From assembly GCA_040904565.1 (NCBI GenBank), contig JBBDTI010000075.1:32001-96000 (forward strand): a stretch of 64,000 nt of DNA, in the 5' to 3' direction. The notes below the pieces were generated by a model. That model saw nothing but the letters and a program-made list of their open reading frames with translations, searched no databases and was not told the DNA's origin. The stretch is from Rhodothermales bacterium. GTDB taxonomy: Bacteria > Bacteroidota > Rhodothermia > Rhodothermales > VXPQ01. A program made the translations under genes and the position numbers. Within the stretch, counting starts at the first letter, position 1; each line of letters starts with the position of its first letter. Below, piece after piece: positions 62,118 to 64,000 of the stretch.

Positions 62118-62408
62118 GACGTTCGCGTAATTGATTGGAATGCGGAGGACGATGCGTCGGAGGACGCCTGAATGCAACGTGAGCCGCAGATCACCCGTTC
62201 AAATCTCGATTCGACCGCGCGCTCCACGCCGTGAATGACAGTGTACGGACAGAGGCAGCATTCTGGCAAGCCCTCCCGCCGCCGGCATGGCCGCCGTACG
62301 CCTCTGCTGGAACAAGAGGCGGACTATTCGGTCACGTCTACGGCACACGACGCAACACGGTGCAGCACACCGCGCCGCCCGGATTCCTCACCATCCTTCG
62401 ACGCCGCC

Positions 62409-62711
62409 ATCTCCTCCCTTACCTCAAAACAGCGCGCCCACCTGCGCTCGCTCGCCCATCCGCTCAAGCCACTGGTGCACGTCGGGAAAGACGGGGTCAC
62501 CGAGTCGACCGTTCGTGCCGCCGGCGAAGCGTTCAACACCCGCGAGCTGCTCAAAGTGCGCGTCCTGGACGCAGCACCGCTCGACGCGGGTGAGACGGCG
62601 CGCAAGCTTCTCGACCAGATCGAGAACGCCGTTCTCGTGCAGGTTATCGGACACGTCTTCGTGCTGTACCGGCCTTTCCCCGACACCCCGGACATTCGCC
62701 TGCCCGCCTGA
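62409..62711 (+). CDS. yhbY: YhbY (CRM domain) RNA-binding ribosome assembly protein
   Basis: LTSKQRA.LR..AH.LKP...GK.G, ELLKV, Q.IG...VLYR; domain begins at in-frame ATC 62409. Confidence 0.9.
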   Translation: MSSLTSKQRAHLRSLAHPLKPLVHVGKDGVTESTVRAAGEAFNTRELLKVRVLDAAPLDAGETARKLLDQIENAVLVQVIGHVFVLYRPFPDTPDIRLPA

Positions 62712-62719
62712 CGCACCGT

Positions 62720-63379
62720 CTACTTCGCTGTAGACGCAACGAGGCGTGCGGTGGCGGCTTCAAGCCTGGCCTCGACGTCGTCGGATTCGGAGACGGAAAA
62801 TCCAAGATCCTGCAGCAGGCCGTCGGTCAGACTGTAGAGCCACCCGTGAACGGACAGCCTCTGTCCACGTGCCCAGGCTTGCTGAAGGATGGTCGTCCGG
62901 CACACATTGGCCGCCTGCTCGATGGCGTTTAGCTCACAGAGGCGGTCTGCTACCTCATCGTGCGTGGTGAGGTGGTCGAGCTCGTCGGCGTGGCGGCTCT
63001 TAACGTCGCGGATGACGCGGAGCCAGTTATCGATCAGTCCGAGATTCGTTTCACCCAGGGCGGCACGCACGCCGCCACAGCCGTAGTGTCCGCATACGAT
63101 GATGTGTTTCACCTGCAATACATCGACGGCATACTGGATGACCGATAGGCAATTCATGTCCGTGTGAATCACCAGGTTCGCGATATTGCGGTGGACGAAC
63201 ATGTCACCCGGTGAGAGATCGACGATCTGATTGGCCGGTACCCGGCTGTCCGCGCACCCGATCCACAGGTACTTCGGTGCCTGGTCCCTGGACAATTCAG
63301 CGAAGAACCCAGGTGTCTCTTCCTCGACGCGCTGCGCCCAATCTCTATTTTTGGCGAAAAGTTCCGGTAAGATACGCAC
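62720..63379 (-). CDS. can: Beta-class carbonic anhydrase
   Basis: WIGCADSRVP, FVHRNIAN, CGHYGCGG, LCELN. Confidence 0.96.
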   Translation of the reverse strand: MRILPELFAKNRDWAQRVEEETPGFFAELSRDQAPKYLWIGCADSRVPANQIVDLSPGDMFVHRNIANLVIHTDMNCLSVIQYAVDVLQVKHIIVCGHYGCGGVRAALGETNLGLIDNWLRVIRDVKSRHADELDHLTTHDEVADRLCELNAIEQAANVCRTTILQQAWARGQRLSVHGWLYSLTDGLLQDLGFSVSESDDVEARLEAATARLVASTAK

Positions 63380-63407
63380 GAGCCTGTACTCAGGATGGAT
63401 GGTTATT

Positions 63408-63929
63408 CTACTGCGCTTGGTCGACCCCGTCCGATCGAGCCGTGCTCGAGCCGAATTTCGTGGCGCTTACCACGAGAACGACGGCCCCGGTCACGATAAG
63501 GATATCAGCAAGGTTGAACACGATGGTACTGAGTCCGCCGACGTGCACGACGACGAAATCCACCACCTGACCGTTGTTCATCATTCGGTCTATCAGATTG
63601 CTGGCCCCGCCTGCCATAATCAGGGTTAAGCCACCGAGGAAGAACGGACCGCGCTCGCGCCGCCGATAGGCGACAAAAGCGATCACCAGCAGGACGGCGA
63701 CGATACCGACGCCGAACAGCCAGAATCGTACCACGTGCGACCATTCTCCTCCTATCCCGAATGCAATACCTGAGTTCTCGGTATAGGCAAGGTGAACGAC
63801 GTCTTCGACGAGCGTGATCTGGGCGCCGTAAAGCAAATGGTCGCGGGCGTACTCCTTCGTTATCTGATCGCAGCCGATGCAGGTCAGCGTCATCAGAAAG
63901 ATCAATAACGGCAGCGTAGCTTTTCGCAT
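63408..63929 (-). CDS. lspA: Signal peptidase II
   Basis: DQITK, N.GIAFG, GG.SNLIDR, VVDF, FNLAD. Confidence 0.93.
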   Translation of the reverse strand: MRKATLPLLIFLMTLTCIGCDQITKEYARDHLLYGAQITLVEDVVHLAYTENSGIAFGIGGEWSHVVRFWLFGVGIVAVLLVIAFVAYRRRERGPFFLGGLTLIMAGGASNLIDRMMNNGQVVDFVVVHVGGLSTIVFNLADILIVTGAVVLVVSATKFGSSTARSDGVDQAQ

Positions 63930-63950
63930 GTTCTCACGTGAATGAACCCA

Positions 63951-64000
63951 TTACTTCCCGCCGGCCTCTTGATGGCGGACGTACGAACGGGACGGCACGA
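63951..64000 (-). CDS. Possible 3' end of an upstream gene beyond the window edge
   Basis: Open frame VPSRSYVRHQEAGGK* ending in TAA 21 bp before lspA; too short to identify. Confidence 0.3.
   Translation of the reverse strand, partial: VPSRSYVRHQEAGGK

Overview
GC-rich bacterial chromosomal segment, most consistent with Rhodothermales/Rhodothermota. This is an inference from a T9SS-type C-terminal domain, a GlnRS-YqeY fusion, a beta-propeller/Y_Y_Y sensor kinase and Tat-exported hydrolases. It holds about 60 genes, mostly housekeeping or metabolic: proBA, hemACD, thiE, pruA, purC, moaD/E, miaA, glnS, can, lspA, cdd, a copZ-csoR-copA operon, several peptidases and one tRNA-Leu(TAA). The most unusual signals are non-coding or were missed by the ORF track. 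(1) A stand-alone Xer-like tyrosine recombinase abuts a perfectly symmetric 11-6-11 dif-like site (41768-41795), with phased repeats beyond it and a truncated mscS on the other side. (2) A propeller histidine kinase/NarL pair is divergent from an unannotated 57-aa lipoprotein gene, which is preceded by 22-bp-phased repeats and followed by a densely base-paired ~200-nt candidate ncRNA and an intrinsic terminator. (3) An orphan TetR gene sits behind four palindromic operators at ~34-bp period. Smaller items include a 14-bp tandem array, a GT-C/methyltransferase fusion, an amine-dehydrogenase-like gene in the pruA operon, a HemA tail with a CP motif, and a probable ATC start for yhbY. All product calls come from motif recognition by eye; no database searches or folding programs were run.
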